From the NCBI RefSeq assembly GCF_006345805.1, contig NC_043016.1, positions 12,958,001 to 13,022,000 of the forward strand: 64,000 nucleotides of DNA, written 5' to 3'. This document shows positions 37,188-51,844 of this stretch, in pieces. Each line of letters opens with the position of its first letter. Position 1 is the stretch's first letter. The notes beneath the pieces are model-generated. The model ran no database searches, was not told the DNA's origin, and was given only the letters and a program-made list of their open reading frames with translations. The stretch is from Octopus sinensis. Its lineage: Eukaryota. The position numbers and the translations under genes were made by a program.

Positions 37188-37419
37188 TTCTTTCTTAACC
37201 AGAATGACTTTCTTGATCTGGTTTGCAGTATTTTCCCTTTTTTTAAGTATAAATCTTATCCATCTAGTTACTTAGTAAAATGTGTGTGTGTGTGTGTGTG
37301 TGTGTGCCCAATTCAATGTTAGTGATTTAGTAAGCATTTATTAGTTATTGTGGAATGATTATTAATGTTTAATGTCCTGATTTTGAAGATAGTCACATGT
37401 TATGTAATGATTATGAATT

Positions 37420-37792
37420 GAAGAGAACCATCCGAACGTGGCCGCTGCCAGCGCCGCCCCGATTGGCCTCGTGCCGGTGGCACGTAAAAAGCACCATCTG
37501 TTTGTGGCTGTTGCCAGCCTCGTCTGGCCCCGTGCCGGTGGCACGTAAAAAGCACTATCCGATCGTGGTCGTTTGCCAGCCTCGTCTGGCACCTGTGCCA
37601 GCGGCACGTTAAAAGCACCCACCACACTCAGGGAATGGTTGGCGTTAGGAAGGACATCTAGCTGTAGAAACATTGCCAGATGAGATTGGGCCTGGTGCAG
37701 CCTTCTGGCTTCCCAGACCCCAGTTGAACCGTCCAACCCATGCTAGCATGGAAAGCGGACGCTAAACGATGATGATGATGATGATGATGATG
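37420..37792 (+). mobile_element. SINE family B, young copy with 3-4 tandem units of about 55-60 bp
   Basis: Repeated GTGCCGGTGGCACGTAAAAAGCAC...GCCAGCCTCGTCTGG units precede the core; long (GAT)n tail. Confidence 0.85.
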
Positions 37793-40700
37793 AATTTGCT
37801 GCTGGTGTCATGAGGATGCAACTCTTTGGAAATGGTCCTTCGGCCTTTGATGTCCATAATTTAATCTGTAAGGCAGCAGCTTCCTTTCACTTTATGGGTT
37901 GTCCTGTAGCCTTTGGACTTCCCAGATTCCTCTTGTAAAGCGGCAACTATTATTCGACTGTAGCCAGTTACTGGATTTGTCTAAATCTGGTTGTGGCCAC
38001 TTGAAGAAGAATAAGACACCATAATGATGCATACACTATGAAAGATTCTGTATTCATTGAGGTTTAAAATACATTTTCAATGATTTGATTTGATTTATAT
38101 TTTTCTCTTTTTTTTCCCCTCTCATATCAGGATTTAATCTCATATGTGTAATTACTTTGTTTTCATTGTACATTAATTGTGCTCCAAAGAAAACCTGGAG
38201 TGGATTTATTTTCTCTCAACAGGGAACAAAAAACAAATGTGTCACCTTTTAAGCCAGTCATTAACTTTGCAACAGACAAATAACAAATATTGACTTTGGA
38301 AAAAGGAGTTAGCACAATCTAGATGTTTCATTTATGTAACAGTTGTAACCATCTTGAAGTGTTCTGTACAACTGCATAACACTAAGAATAAACAAACAGT
38401 TTATGTCAATCAAGATTAGAGCATTCTCTTGAAAGGTCAAATGCTATTACACATTAGAATTATTCTTAGTGTTGTACGATGTATTTGTTTAATGACAACA
38501 GGCAAATGCATGCTTTGCTGGTTTGGTGATGATTAAAATCTTAGTGAACTGACTGACCATTGATTGCAACCGTTTCCATTTCCAGTAGAAATTACTTTAT
38601 TTAAATTTTATTGTCAATGTCCTTTGTGTGTGGAAAGGGTGGGTGGGAGATGAGTTTTCAATGTCTCACCTTTAAATTTCCTCTATTCTAACTGCTTGCA
38701 ATTGTGTAATATGCAATCTACAATTAATGGTAATAATTGCTGTCTAGAATTATCTGGTTAATGTACAATATGCAATTATGTCTCATAGAATCATATTTCA
38801 ATTCAGTAAATGCTCTTTTGTTTAATTCCATTTGATATTGCTCCTTTTTCAGTGTTTATTCATGCGTCATTGATACTTTACAGGTGTGTGGTGAAATACC
38901 GCAATTCAATTAACATTAAAAAATAAATAAAAACATTGTGAATATAAAAATTATCAGCACAGATTATTTTGAGTGACCAAGCTGACCAAACTAAAATATT
39001 TCTCTTTTCAGATTAAACTGCTAATGTTGTGTGTTTATATTTGTACACATGTATTATATTTATTTACTGGCATCATAGCACCTCCTTTGTCTATGTGCAT
39101 TCACATAACAAATACTCATAACTCTGTAACTCTCTCTTTGCCTGTCACTTTGTGTGTGTGTGTGTGTGTGTGTGTTTAAGACAAAATGTATGAGCCACGT
39201 TACATACATCTTGCTTTGGCTGGCATTAATTCTGAATAAGAACTGATAAGTGGTGGCTGTTGGGAGCTCTTCCACTCTCTCTTGGCAATATTTTTTGGGA
39301 AGGTGTGTAGCTTTGTGGTTAGGGTAATCAGTTTACAATTTTAAGGTCATGAGTTCAATTCCTGGTGACACGTTGTGTCCTTGAGCAAGACACGTTATTT
39401 TGCATTGTTCCAGTCCATTTGGCTGGCAAAAATGAGTAGTTTTCTGTAATTAAAAGGATCAGCTCTCTATGATGAGACAATGTGAAATTCATTCAACTGA
39501 TGGTAGCATTGAAAACCAAAGGGGAAAATGTGAGAGAATGATTTCTGAAGGATTTCTTCCTGTAGTCCTTCTCCTATGTGATAATTAGATTTGTTTCAAT
39601 AAAGTGTTTGTGTTTGCTTTATAGTCACATTGTTCTGGATTTGATCCCACTTCATGGAACTTGGATAAGTGCCTTCTATTTGAAGACCCCAACTCCTTGA
39701 AAATGGAATTTTGTACATGGAAACTGTGTATAAGCCTATTAGATTTACTATATCTTTTGTGGATGATAGTCTTAATCTGTGCCTGCTTTAATCCTTTGCC
39801 TGTCCAAAGTATTTTCATAAGTTTGTCCTAAACATTCATTCTTGTTTTCAGACTTCTAGTTGGTCCTTGTTTCAGGAGTAATTTAAAGCTTTCTTTCATA
39901 AGTCCCAAGTTATTTCGGTTGGAAAAATAAATTGGGAATGTGTATCATATATGATGCACGTGGATACTGGGGAAATATGTTCTGTGTATCACAAGGGATG
40001 TACAAGAGAGGATAAAGTTAACATCACCATCTAGCTTTAGTGGAGTCCAATATACTGCAAGTGTTCATTTGAAATCCCCAGAAGATAACTAAGTATTACA
40101 ATGCTTCTCTTACTGCAGCAACCCACAAAGCATTTCTTTCCTTCAGTCTTAGAGGCTTCGGAAAGACTCTCATAGGGGTTGACCCTTCCTAATTTCTGAA
40201 TAAACCATATAAGCAACAAATGGAAACAATCTCTTCTCCTGATACCTAGATATTTCTATCAGGAGTAGAAGTCTTCCGTATAGTTGTTTGTTAATGTCAT
40301 GAAAAGGATATTGTTTATTGTATGACACAAAACTGATAAATGCAGTAAAAAAAAAAATGGATAAAATAGAGACAGACATGTTGGTATTGATATAATTCAT
40401 TTTTAAAATAAGGATCAGGTTTTATTACTCCTGTTCTCTCAAATGATGTTGCTTCAACATTTGAGTTATGAGGATGTGCAATGGAGGAAAGAAAATTAAC
40501 ATCTAAGCATGATTAGAATAGATGATGCTCGTTAAAGTATGCAGGTAATTTGAAATGATAAACACGAATTTTCTTTGAAGTCTCAAGTTTTTCAGCCCCC
40601 TAAAGGGCAAAATCTTCAAGAAAACAACCTAATTAGCAACTGACTTCCCTTTTTTCTTTTTCTTTCTTTTAATAATACTCTGCATGGACTGCAGTTATTG

Positions 40701-43656
40701 AATGGAACTTCTGGCACTGCTGACTTCTTAAGAGTAGCAATCGTTAAATGTTAACATTCTTTCCATAGGTCACTTGACTCATAAGGTCTGTGTGTATTTA
40801 AGGCATTCTTAACACAAGACAAATGAAAAACAAATTCTTTGCTTTCTCTATTTCTTTCCAAATGAATCGTTAGCTAATTTTGCTTCTAAGTAGAGCAAGA
40901 TAAATAGACAAAAATATCTTGTCTGAAGACCAGTTCAGTGCTTCCAAGAGAATGCACATCAATGGCACAAGAAATATACTTAGTCATATCAGTGTTGTAG
41001 CCTGATTGTTAGTTGAGGTAAAATTCCTTGTAGATTGTGTTTACTTCCTCTTGTCCTAAAACTGATGCTTCTTTTTAGTCATCTCCCATCACTTTTGCAG
41101 CTTATTCTAAAACTAAGCTTATTTGGTGATGCAAAATTCCTCTTGAAGTAGGTTTTTTTATTCGTACTCTCCATGGGGTAATCACTTAAAATAGTTTTAT
41201 CCACATTATGGGAATTAGAAACTCCTATTTTCATCATCATCATCATCATTTAACATCTTGTTTCCATACTGACATGGGTTGCACAGGACCCAAAGTGTCC
41301 AAGGACTATATCAGGCTCTATGTCAGCTTTGGCTTGATTTCTATGGCTGGATGCCCCTCCTAAGGCCACCCACTTTACAGCATGTAACTGGGTGCTTTTT
41401 TTCTTGCATCCTGTACAAGTGAAGTTGTTAGGCAACTTGCAAGACTGTGGACATTGGGTGGGAAGTGGGGGTACCTTATACTAGGAGAATAAAAGGTAGA
41501 GAGGAGTAAAGTATGAGAGAAAGGGGCCAGAGCAGAATGGGTTTCTTGTCACAGAAGAGCCACATGACTGTTCACATTTTAGAAGAGAAAAGTGGTAGGT
41601 GTGGAGCTGGAGATTGGTGATGAAGTTCCAGAATAGAATGGACCTTCAGTGTAGACTGTGGCTAGGAATGGATGGGGCAGGGGTACCAAGAGTGAGTGTG
41701 TGGAGTAGGGCTATGTCTGATGGTGCAGGGCAACAATATAAGAATGATGCTACAGTAAAAGAGTGAAAGAGGGATGACATGCTGGTGGCTAAGTTGCAGG
41801 GGTGGGTGAGGATCTTTATACTGTAGTTTTTTGAAAAAAATTCATTTTTATTTATTTATTTATTTATTTATTTATTTTTTTATCGTTAAAACATGACAAT
41901 ATTTCATTGTCATGCTTATTACTGTCTGCTTTATTGTCAATACTTTCTAAGATTGACGAGGTCACTCTACTCACTCTTAGAGATAGCCCTTTAGTTTCAG
42001 AAACTTATTATTTGATTTTGCTAAAAAAAAATGTTATGTGTATGTTTCTGGAAAAGTCTTCATTTTTAATTTTTGTTTGTTTAATGTAGACAAATTGGAA
42101 ACTTCAACATAAAAAAAGTCCATATAGAAGCTAAATGTATGAAACATTGATTACATAAATTTTGGTGAATAAGCATAAGCACTTTCTGAAAATATCAATA
42201 TTTTAGACAAAGAAACATCCATTGAGCATACAATCATGATTTGGATTAGAATCTAATGATTTTTAGTATGTTATATAAGTGTAGGAAATATTCATGCATA
42301 ATTCTCTTATTTTCTATGTACTATCAGAAATGTAGATCTCTGTAAGGCTAAATAGTATTATAATGATGGTAATTTATTCATGTTTGAAGAACATGAGGAA
42401 GAGCAGTGTGCCCTCGAGTGGCTGTGTAACCAAATCTTCATTGCTGCAGGGTTTTTATTTCCTACTTACACATAGTAGTGAGAGCCAGTCTGTGTTATCT
42501 GACCCCAATTCTTTAGATTTGGAGATCTGACCACAATGGATCAGCAGGCTAAGACAACTGTTGTGACAAGCAAGCTGTAGGTTTTTATATTGACATGGTC
42601 TTTTAGATGAATTGCCTTACAGGGCTTGGAGACCTCTCCCTACCCTGGAGTTGCCAGTAGGGAGTCAAAGAAGACACCAAACTGAGGAACTCCATTCCTT
42701 GATTTGCTGTTGATCTTGACTCCCCAGGCCTTTTCCTTTCTCAAGGTACTCAGAAGGCTTTGTGTTGGGAGTTTGTCCCATAACATGATAATTAACTCAC
42801 AGCCTGGATCTTGATGGGTGTTACTACCCTGGGTCAGAGTAGTGACTAAGCGATGGTTCCACATTCCTCAAAATGCTGGAAAACTAGAATCAAGGTCCCA
42901 CTACTAGATGCAGATTAAGGTCATACCCAGGACAAGGTATCATAATACCATGTGGTTAAACAGCATGTGGGTACTCCCAAAAGTTTGGTGTACAAGTTTG
43001 AATCAAACTGTAATTTTTACAGGTAAAAAGTAACAATTGTCAATTACAACACTTGTGAAAATGAAATATATTGTACATGTATTGCTATTTTACCTTTTTC
43101 TTTTTACTTTGCTTGTATCAGTCATTTGACTGCAACCATACTGGGACACTTACCTTGAAGGCATTTTAGTTAAAATGACACCCCCTCACCTCCCCAATTT
43201 TTAAATTTTTTTTTTATTAAAGCTTCTTATTTAGTCTGTCAGTCTCTAAGATTATAAACAAACTAACATTGGCTGTCAAGTGATGCAGGACATGTACACA
43301 TATATGTATTCATACATATATGTATATATGATGGGCTTTTACCCAGTTTCAGTTAATTCAAATTCACTCACAAGGTATTGCTCAGCCTGAGGCTACAGTT
43401 GAAGACTCTTGTCCAAGCTGCTGTGCAATGAAGCTGAACCCGAAACCATGTGGTTGTAAAATGAACTTCTTAATTACACAGCCGTACTTGTGCCTATGTG
43501 TATGTCCATGGAATAACATTCATATGGACCAACATATATAATGTGAACAGAAATGTGGTTGCCTTAAAAGGAAATCAACATACACGGTCTGTAAGCTGGT
43601 GGAATTGAGACATAGCATATTGATGTCCCATTTAACTAAAACATGTATTGTATTAA

Positions 43657-43994
43657 CCCTTTAGCATTTAAACTGGCCATATCCAGCCAAAATATCCTAC
43701 AAGTTTAATAAACTGGCCAGATCTGACATCTCACACCTAGAATATCAGTTTGAACATAAACAATCACATCATTGAAATCTCGAGGCTATAAATAATGCAG
43801 GATAAATTCAAAACAATGTGAAGAAATACAGGGCTTGCAGACCTCTCTCTACCCTGGAGTTGCCAGAAGGGAGTCAAAGAGGACACCAAACTGAAGAACT
43901 CCATTCCTTGATTTGCTGTTGATCTTGACTCCCCAGGCCTTTTCCTTTCTTAAGGTACCCAGAAGGCTGACTGAGTAATGTGAACACTAAAGAG
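43657..43994. mobile_element. piggyBac-type MITE carrying a 142-bp foreign insert
   Basis: TTAA|CCCTTTAG...CTAAAGAG|TTAA. The insert at 43827-43968 matches 42618-42759. Confidence 0.75.
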
Positions 43995-45134
43995 TTAAGA
44001 TTAGTTCAACAAGAGTAACAACAACTGGTTCTGCTCTGGCTGATTTTCATACGAAATGTGATGTAGAGTAGCTTTCAGTTCTGTTGTTGTTGTTGTTGTT
44101 GTAGGCTGGATAACTAGCAGAGAAATACTGGTATCCTATTGGTCCAGTAAGCAGTGTTAACTGGTGATGAATTCAACTGCACTTGGCTGCATAAAGGTTG
44201 TTAAAAGGATTATAAGAAACTAGCAGTATCATCTGGCATTGTTCAGGTTTGTTTCGACCCTTTAGAATTGGAATTTTTGAAAAGTAAAAATTTTGCATTA
44301 TGTAGCTTGTTATTCTCTTTAAGTGAACATTTTTCTGGTTGAAATACACTGAAAAATGGTGACACAGCAGTCAAAAAATCGTAAAAAATAAGGATTTTCA
44401 TAGAAAAAAAGCACCTTTTTGATGTAAATAATTTTTGGTGTTAACATGGTCTGATTTAAATTTTTTCTTCTACGGAAGGAAGAGCAAGCCTTCTTCTATC
44501 ATACTCTCAATTTTGGTCAACTTGCGCTGCAGGGTCTCCGAGGACATAGTGTTAGTTGAAGGCTACCAAACCTGGCATATACAGACAACTTCAGCTTTAG
44601 ATATAATTCAGTGGATTATAAAGAAATGAATAAAGCTAGTTGTCTTATGAAAAATTGTCATCTTAGGAAGAATTTGTAGCATACTAGTGCTGCTGCATTG
44701 TAGGGTTAACCAACCATTTTCATTTTCAATTGGAATTTGACCTAAAGGGGGAAAATATAATTATTCCAAATTCTTGCATCATGTATGTAAACTTCATTGT
44801 AGTTAGCTTCAAACATCACCTCAAGTTATATATATGAAAAAATATAACTTGGTAAACACTTATTTCCTTTTCTTCTGCTTATTCACTTTTATGAGTAAAT
44901 TATTCTTAGTATGTAGTCCCTCCCTCTTTTTCCTCACCCACCCTTAAAAAAAAAAAGAAAGAAACAGCATCAAAGAAAATGAAAGCAATTTTCTTGAAGA
45001 AATATGCTGAAGTACTAGTTTCAAACTAAATAACTAAGAATATAGAAAAGTGTTCAACTCACACCCTTAACTATCTCACACATAATGTGACTGTACAGTG
45101 GAAGGGATTACTTCAAAAGTAAGTATGTATGCAT

Positions 45135-45540
45135 TCTTTTATTTGTTTTAGTCATTTGAATGTGGCCTTGCTGGAGCACCGTCTTTTTAGTCGAGCAAAT
45201 TGACCTCAGGACCTATTCTTTGTAAGCTTAGTACTTATTCTATTGGTCACTTTTGCTGAACTGCTAAGTTACGAGGATGTCAACACACCAACATCGGTTG
45301 TCAAGCGATGGTGGGAGGACAAACACTGACAGTCAAACATATACATGCATATACACACATATATATATATATACATATATACGACAGGCTTCTTTCAGTT
45401 TCCGTCTACCAAATCTACTCACAAGGCTTTGATTGGCCTCAGGCTATAGTAGAAGAACCATACCCAAGGCACCATGCAGTGGGACTGAAACCAGAACCAT
45501 GTGGTTGGTAAGCAAGCTACTTACCACACAGCCACTCCTC
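45135..45540 (-). mobile_element. SINE family A
   Basis: Full reverse-complement copy. Confidence 0.85.
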
Positions 45541-46194
45541 TACCTTTATTTATTTATTTATTCGTGTGTATCCATGTGTGTATTTTAAATAAGGTCAAGT
45601 AGTTTTAATAATTTTTTCTGAACATCTTTTTAAACTGGGAACCAGTTTTCAAACTCCATGACAGATATATTTCTATGTGTTAATTTTCCCTTCATTTAAA
45701 AGCTTGCTCAAAGTTATATATACATACATATATATATAAATATAAAGTATTAATGGTGATGGGTCATTGTGGTGAATAAAGAGTTGGATGCTGGTCAGAA
45801 ATGTGCCATTCAACAAGATTAGTCTTTAGTAACATCAGAGTATGAACTAGCAGACACAAGACAACCTAGAAATTGATGGTATGGGAGCTAAGAGCTCTTC
45901 TTGACAAGATGTACTTTCAAAGAAGTACTCGGTGACATGTATGGTGTAATGAGGAAAAAGAAAAAAAAAATTAAAATTAAAATCCAATCCAAAATTGTGT
46001 GTTAATGATAATCTTTGCTGAATGAAAGGGAGATATTTCTGAAAAATAAATTAATTAAAAATTAAATAGGAGTGTGTGTGATCTTCACTGAGTACTGTGA
46101 CAATACTATTGCGACATGTTTTGGTCCTTCTTTGTGAAGTATGATCTTATTAGTAATTTTAATCTGCCATTGATACAAACCCTATTTATATGGG

Positions 46195-46354
46195 CACAAG
46201 CATGCATGGCTGTGTGGTTAAGAAGATTGCTTTGCTACCATGTGGTTTCAGGTTCAATCCCACTGCATGACATCTTGGGCAAGTATCTTCCACACTGGTT
46301 TGCTCTGGGCCAACCAGTGCCGCTGGTAGATGGAAACTGTGGAAGTTCATAAGG

Positions 46355-46393
<39 letters not shown>

Positions 46394-46690
46394 TTTTGGA
46401 ACAGGGTCTTGAAACATATATAAAGCTATAAATAATAGCATATAAATATCGGTTGAAAAACTCGTGTGTGTGTGTTTATCTGTGTTATGTGTGTGAGTCC
46501 TCATCAACAGTGGTTGTTGATTTATTGTAATCTAGCATTTCAACAAAAAAATGACTGATAGAATCAGTACGAGACTTCAAAAAAAAAAAAAACTATAAAA
46601 AAGGTCTAAGTACTGGGGTGAATCTATTTGACTACAGCCCTTGAAAGCAGTGCTCCAGCATGGCAACAGTCCAGTGACTGTAACAAGTAA
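46195..46690 (+). mobile_element. SINE family A
   Basis: Head, expanded internal (CA)n and tail match family A. Confidence 0.75.
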
Positions 46691-48071
46691 AAGATAACTA
46701 ATACTGTTTGCAATTCATTCTTTAATTTGTGGTACAGATATGTTCATTTACTTCTCTTTATTTTCACCTCTCTATTTATTATCTTCCCAAATTTTTGTTG
46801 TATATATATCTATTTTGTATTTTTGTATTTATATTTGTGTGTTTATATGTTTTAAACATCTCTTTTGTGTTGTAAGATGTTTAGGGCTGCAGATTGTTGT
46901 ATTTAAAACAGAAACATATTTGACTTTCCAACAACAGATGGAATAAATTTTGTCAGCCATTGGTAGCAGTAAATCAACTTTTAAAAGATTTCTGTTGCTT
47001 TTAAGGTTTATACAGTAAAAAATATATTTGTGTGTGTATGTGTGTGTGGTGGTGGATGGGGGGAGAGACAATAATACTGATTCATTATAAATTGCTTTTT
47101 TTCTTTTTTTTTTTTTCCTCTTTTTTTTTTTACACTTTTAATTAAGCAACAGCAGATTTCATAAATCTGTCTCTGCCAATGTCTTCCTGCCTGTCTGTCT
47201 GTCTGTTTTTTTCCCCACTCCTTCCTCCTCTCTCTTCCTCCTCCTTTCCTTCTCTCTCTTCTTCCTCCCTTCCTCTTCTCTCTCACACTTCAAACACCTC
47301 TTACTTTTTATCTTCTACTTGCTTCAGTCATTTGACTGTGGCCAAGCTGGAGCACGGCCTTAAAGGGTTTAGTCAAACAAATCGACCCCAGTATTTTTAA
47401 GCCTGGTATTTATTCTATCGGCCTTTTTTTGTTGAACTACTAAGTTCTGGGGGTCATAAATATACCAACACTAATTGTCAAGCAGTAGTGGGGAACAAAT
47501 GCAACACATACACACATGACAGGCTTCTTTCAGTTTCCAGCCACTAAATCCACTCACAAGACTCTGGTTAGCACCATTCAGTGAGACTGAACCCAAGACC
47601 ACTTGGTTGGGAAATAAGCATCTTAACAACACACTCACACTTACACCATGTGTGTAAATTCCATATTGTAACAATATGAACTTAACAGAAAGTTACGGAC
47701 AAATCTATAATCGTTAGACCTGGGGATTTTGGTGGGGTGAGGTGGTGAGGGTAGAAATAATGCTCTTCTGTTTAGGAAATACAGAGTAAGTTTTTTTTTT
47801 TTTTTCTTTTCCGCTATATATTCCTGTGAGAAATTACCCATGACATTGGATCTGATAAGTTCATATAAATGTAATAAGAAATTAATATTTAATACTATTT
47901 CATATGTTATTTTATTTTTTGGCATACAAACACAAGTGTGTGTATGTATGACGTATAAATGTGTGTGTATGTATGACGTATAAATGTGTGTGCATGCACA
48001 TGCAAGCACACACACATTCATGCACACACACATATACATATATATATCTATATCTATATATATATATATAT

Positions 48072-48295
48072 ATTTCTTTATTGCCCACAAGGGGCTAAAC
48101 ATAGAGGGGACAAACAAGGACAGAAAAAGGGATTAAGTAGATTATATCGACCCCAGTGCGTAACTGGTGCTTTATTTATTGACCCCGAAAAGAAGAAAGG
48201 CAAAGTCGACCTCTGCGGAATTGAACTCAGAACGTAGCGACAGACAAAATACTGCTAAGCACTTCGCCCGGCGTGCTAACGTTTCTGCCAGCTCG

Positions 48296-48298
<3 letters not shown>
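48072..48298 (-). mobile_element. SINE family D, young monomeric full-length copy
   Basis: Minus-strand head GGCGAGCTGGCAGAAACGTTAGCACGCCGGGCG to tail GTGGGCAATAAAGAAATA, within a (TA)n tract. Confidence 0.85.
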
Positions 48299-48344
<46 letters not shown>

Positions 48345-50632
48345 TCACATGCACAACTATGTATGTGTGTGTGTGTATATATATAAACATATGTTTCTAT
48401 GTACTTGTGTGTATGTATAGATATGTGCTTGTGGGTGGAAATATATGTTTGTGTATAACATGTTTACCTTTTAATCTTTAGTTTTCCAGATTTTCTTTCT
48501 CATCTTCCTTTTTTTTTTAATCAATTTATGCTATAAAAAAAGGTACCTCCTTGAAGAGAGAAAAAAAACCCATCCCAAAATCAACAACCCACCCTGATGT
48601 TAACAAAGAGGTGTGTTTGGTCTTACTTTTGTTCACTCAGCCTTGCTTTTATGTGTTCCATCTGGCAAGGATTCCTCTCTTTACTGTTGATCTTTAATCT
48701 ACAGGCTAGAGATGCTTAATGGTTTAAAATGTGTAAACCTGTGATTCCCATAAGAATAGTCTAGTAAGATCAAGGGGCCATCTTGTGATATCCCATGTAA
48801 TTTTTAACTTTACATTGTTTTGAATCTTCATATGAATTCTGTGTGTGTGTGTGTGTGTGTTGCTACACATGGTCGTATCTCAACTTGGATTGTTTTGAGG
48901 TACGTCTTTTCAACTTTGTATTACACTTGTTTTAGTCGTTAGACTGTGGCCATGCTTGGGTACCACCTTGAAGAATTTTAGTCAAGCGAATTTATTCTAA
49001 TACTTGATTTTTTTTCTTAAGCCTAGTATTTATTCTATCAGTCTCTTTTGCCGAACCACTAAGTTACATGGAAATAACACACCCAACATTCATTGTCAAG
49101 CAGTGGTGGTGGACAAACACAGACAACAAAGAAGCATGCGCACACTCACGCATACATATACATGCACGCACACACATACACATACATTCACACACTCACA
49201 CAGAAACATGACGAGCTTCTTTCAGCTTCCTTCTACTAAATCCGCTCAAAAGGCTTTGGTTGCCCCAAGGCTATAGTAAGAGACACCTACCCAAGGTGCC
49301 ATGCAGTGAGACCGAACCCAGAACCTTGTGGTTGGGAAGCAAATTCCTTACCACACAGCCACGCCTGCTCCTATTTATGGAAAAAATAAACCTCAGCATC
49401 AATCAATTTAATAAAACTTCACAGTAATCTCGGCAAACATATTTAAAAGCATAAAAATTGAAGAAAGAAAAAAAAAACACCTAAAAATTAATACTGAAGT
49501 GGAAAATCAAATGAAATTACCTTAAAACAGATATAAACTAATAAAGTTTTAAATGACTTTTTGAGTCAATGTTGGGTTGTTTTTTTTTTAGTTGCATGAT
49601 CTTAGTTAAGGTATATATATAGAGAGAGAGGTAACATATAGTATAATTATAAGCAGGACAAATTTTAGCCATTTCTCCAAAGACTGAAAAAATGATGAAA
49701 AACCTTAATTGATTTTTGAACCTAACTATGTTCTCATCAGAGGCATCTACACCATTCTGACAGTCTCCAGAGAAACTAGCAGTCAAATTGTTTATATCCT
49801 CAACAAATGCAGCACTTACTCTATGAAGGAGTTCCTAATTTGCATACCGAAAGTGTTTAACACTTTAAATAGCAGCTGCCTGTCAACGAGGATCTTAGTC
49901 CACACAGTATCAAGGCGTGATATAATAAATATGTAAAATATATATTCATATGTGGGGGGTGCGCATGGCTTAGTGGTTATGGGTATTCTGCTCATGATTG
50001 TAAGGCTGTGAGTTTGATTCCCCATGGCACATTGTGTCCTTAAGCAAGACACTTTATTCCACATTGCTTCAGTTCACTCAGCTGGCAAAAATGAGTTGTA
50101 CTTTTACTTCAAAGAATTGTCACATTCTGTGTCACACTGAACCACCCTGAGATCTACTTTAAGAGTATGCTTGTCTGTGGAGAGCTCAGCCACTTGCACA
50201 TTAATTTCACGAGCAGGCTTTTCCATTGATCAGTTGGAACCCTCATCGTCATAACTGACAAAGTGCCAGGGTGTGCATGTGTGCAACTGGATGCATGAAA
50301 GGGACAATAAATATTGCATGCAAAACATGATGCAGGGGAAAAATTTTGTACCAAGATTTAACACTAAATTAGGGGTGAGGCTTATACATGTATGCATACA
50401 TGATTGTGACCTATACACAAGTAGCTACAGTGTGTATATGCGTGCGTATATATTAATCTTATTAACTCATCTTTCAGAGAAATCATTCATCTTTCACTTG
50501 TTTTTTGAGCCTGGCACTTATTTTATTGGTCTTTTATGCAGAATCACTAAGTTATGGGGATGTAAACAGACCAACACCGGTTGTCAAGCAGTAGGGAAGT
50601 TGAGCATTTGCACATGCACACACACACACACA

Positions 50633-50667
<35 letters not shown>

Positions 50668-51810
50668 AAGAGGCTTCTTTCAGTTTCCATCTACCAAATT
50701 CACTCACAAAGCTTTGGTCGGCCCAAGGCTATAGTAGAAGACACTTGCCCAAGGTGCCATGATGTGAGACTGAATTGGAACCGTGTAGTTGGGAAGCAAC
50801 CACGTGGCTGAGTTTTGGTTTTGATATTTCTTATGAAATAGATGAAAAGAACTCTCAAAGAACCCAAAGTTATTGTACTTGACGGATGGATAAACAACAT
50901 ACACAAAGACTTACATTATTATTTCGCATTTTTGCTCTTTTCTTTTTTTTAATCATCTTTTGTGTTAATAAATAAGTTAATTAGTATTTGAAGTTATAGA
51001 ACAAAGAATATTGTTGTTTTTTTTTTTCTTCCCCTCTCTGTTTCCTGATTTTGTTAGTTAAGGAGAAAAGCAGAAGAATCTGTTATTTCTACTTGCAGAA
51101 ACATCTCAACTGAATGAGCAAAGAATATCTAGAGTAATTCATCCTTTGTTACCATGTTTTTATTTCAATTAATTTGGAAAAAATTTGTAAAATAACCACG
51201 TCATTATTAATCTGATGGTTGGAACTTAAATTAATACGGAATTTTGATGAAAGATATTAATTTAGATTACTTTTACAGGAAGTTTGTATCATAGAACTTG
51301 TCAATGTTTCAGACATGTCGGCATCAATAGGGTTAATATAGTGTTTTGGTTACATCTCAGATTGTATACATCTTTAACCTACTATCTCTTGAAGGTGCAT
51401 GGCTCAGTGCTTAGAGTGTCAGGCTCACAATCATGAGGTAGTGAGTTCAATTCCTGGACCAGGCTGTGTGTTGTGTTCTTGAGCAAGACACTTTATTTCA
51501 TGTTGCTCCAGTTCACTCATTTGTAGAAATGAGTTGTGACATCACTGGTGCCAAGCTGTATCGGCCCCTTTGCCTTGGATAACATTGGTAGCATGGAGTG
51601 GAGAGGTTTTCCATTAACAAAATTACCTGGACTTGTGTGCCTTAAGGGTAATTTTCCAGGTGCAATCCCATGGTCGTTCATGACCGAAGGGGTTCTTTAC
51701 CCTTTATCACCTCTTAAGAGACTCAAGTATAGGATATTGATATATTGATATATATCAACCATATATCAATGGTTGATATTGAATTAAATATCAACCATTG
51801 ATATTTAATT

Positions 51811-51844
<34 letters not shown>

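Noticed and set aside
42400-42960. Possible degenerate LINE (L1/Tx1-like) coding remnant on the minus strand
   Set aside because: Only a faint resemblance with stops in all frames, so it cannot be classified without a search.
45060-45125. CCCTTAAC...ACAG, 20-nt segment, GTAAGT: possible exon
   Set aside because: 20 nt would shift the frame, the pyrimidine tract is weak and there is no other support.
47641-48117. 158-aa minus-strand ORF
   Set aside because: It is built from SINE, poly-T and (TA)/(TG) microsatellite sequence.
50273-50734. 153-aa ORF
   Set aside because: It runs through family A SINE and microsatellite sequence and has no splice context.
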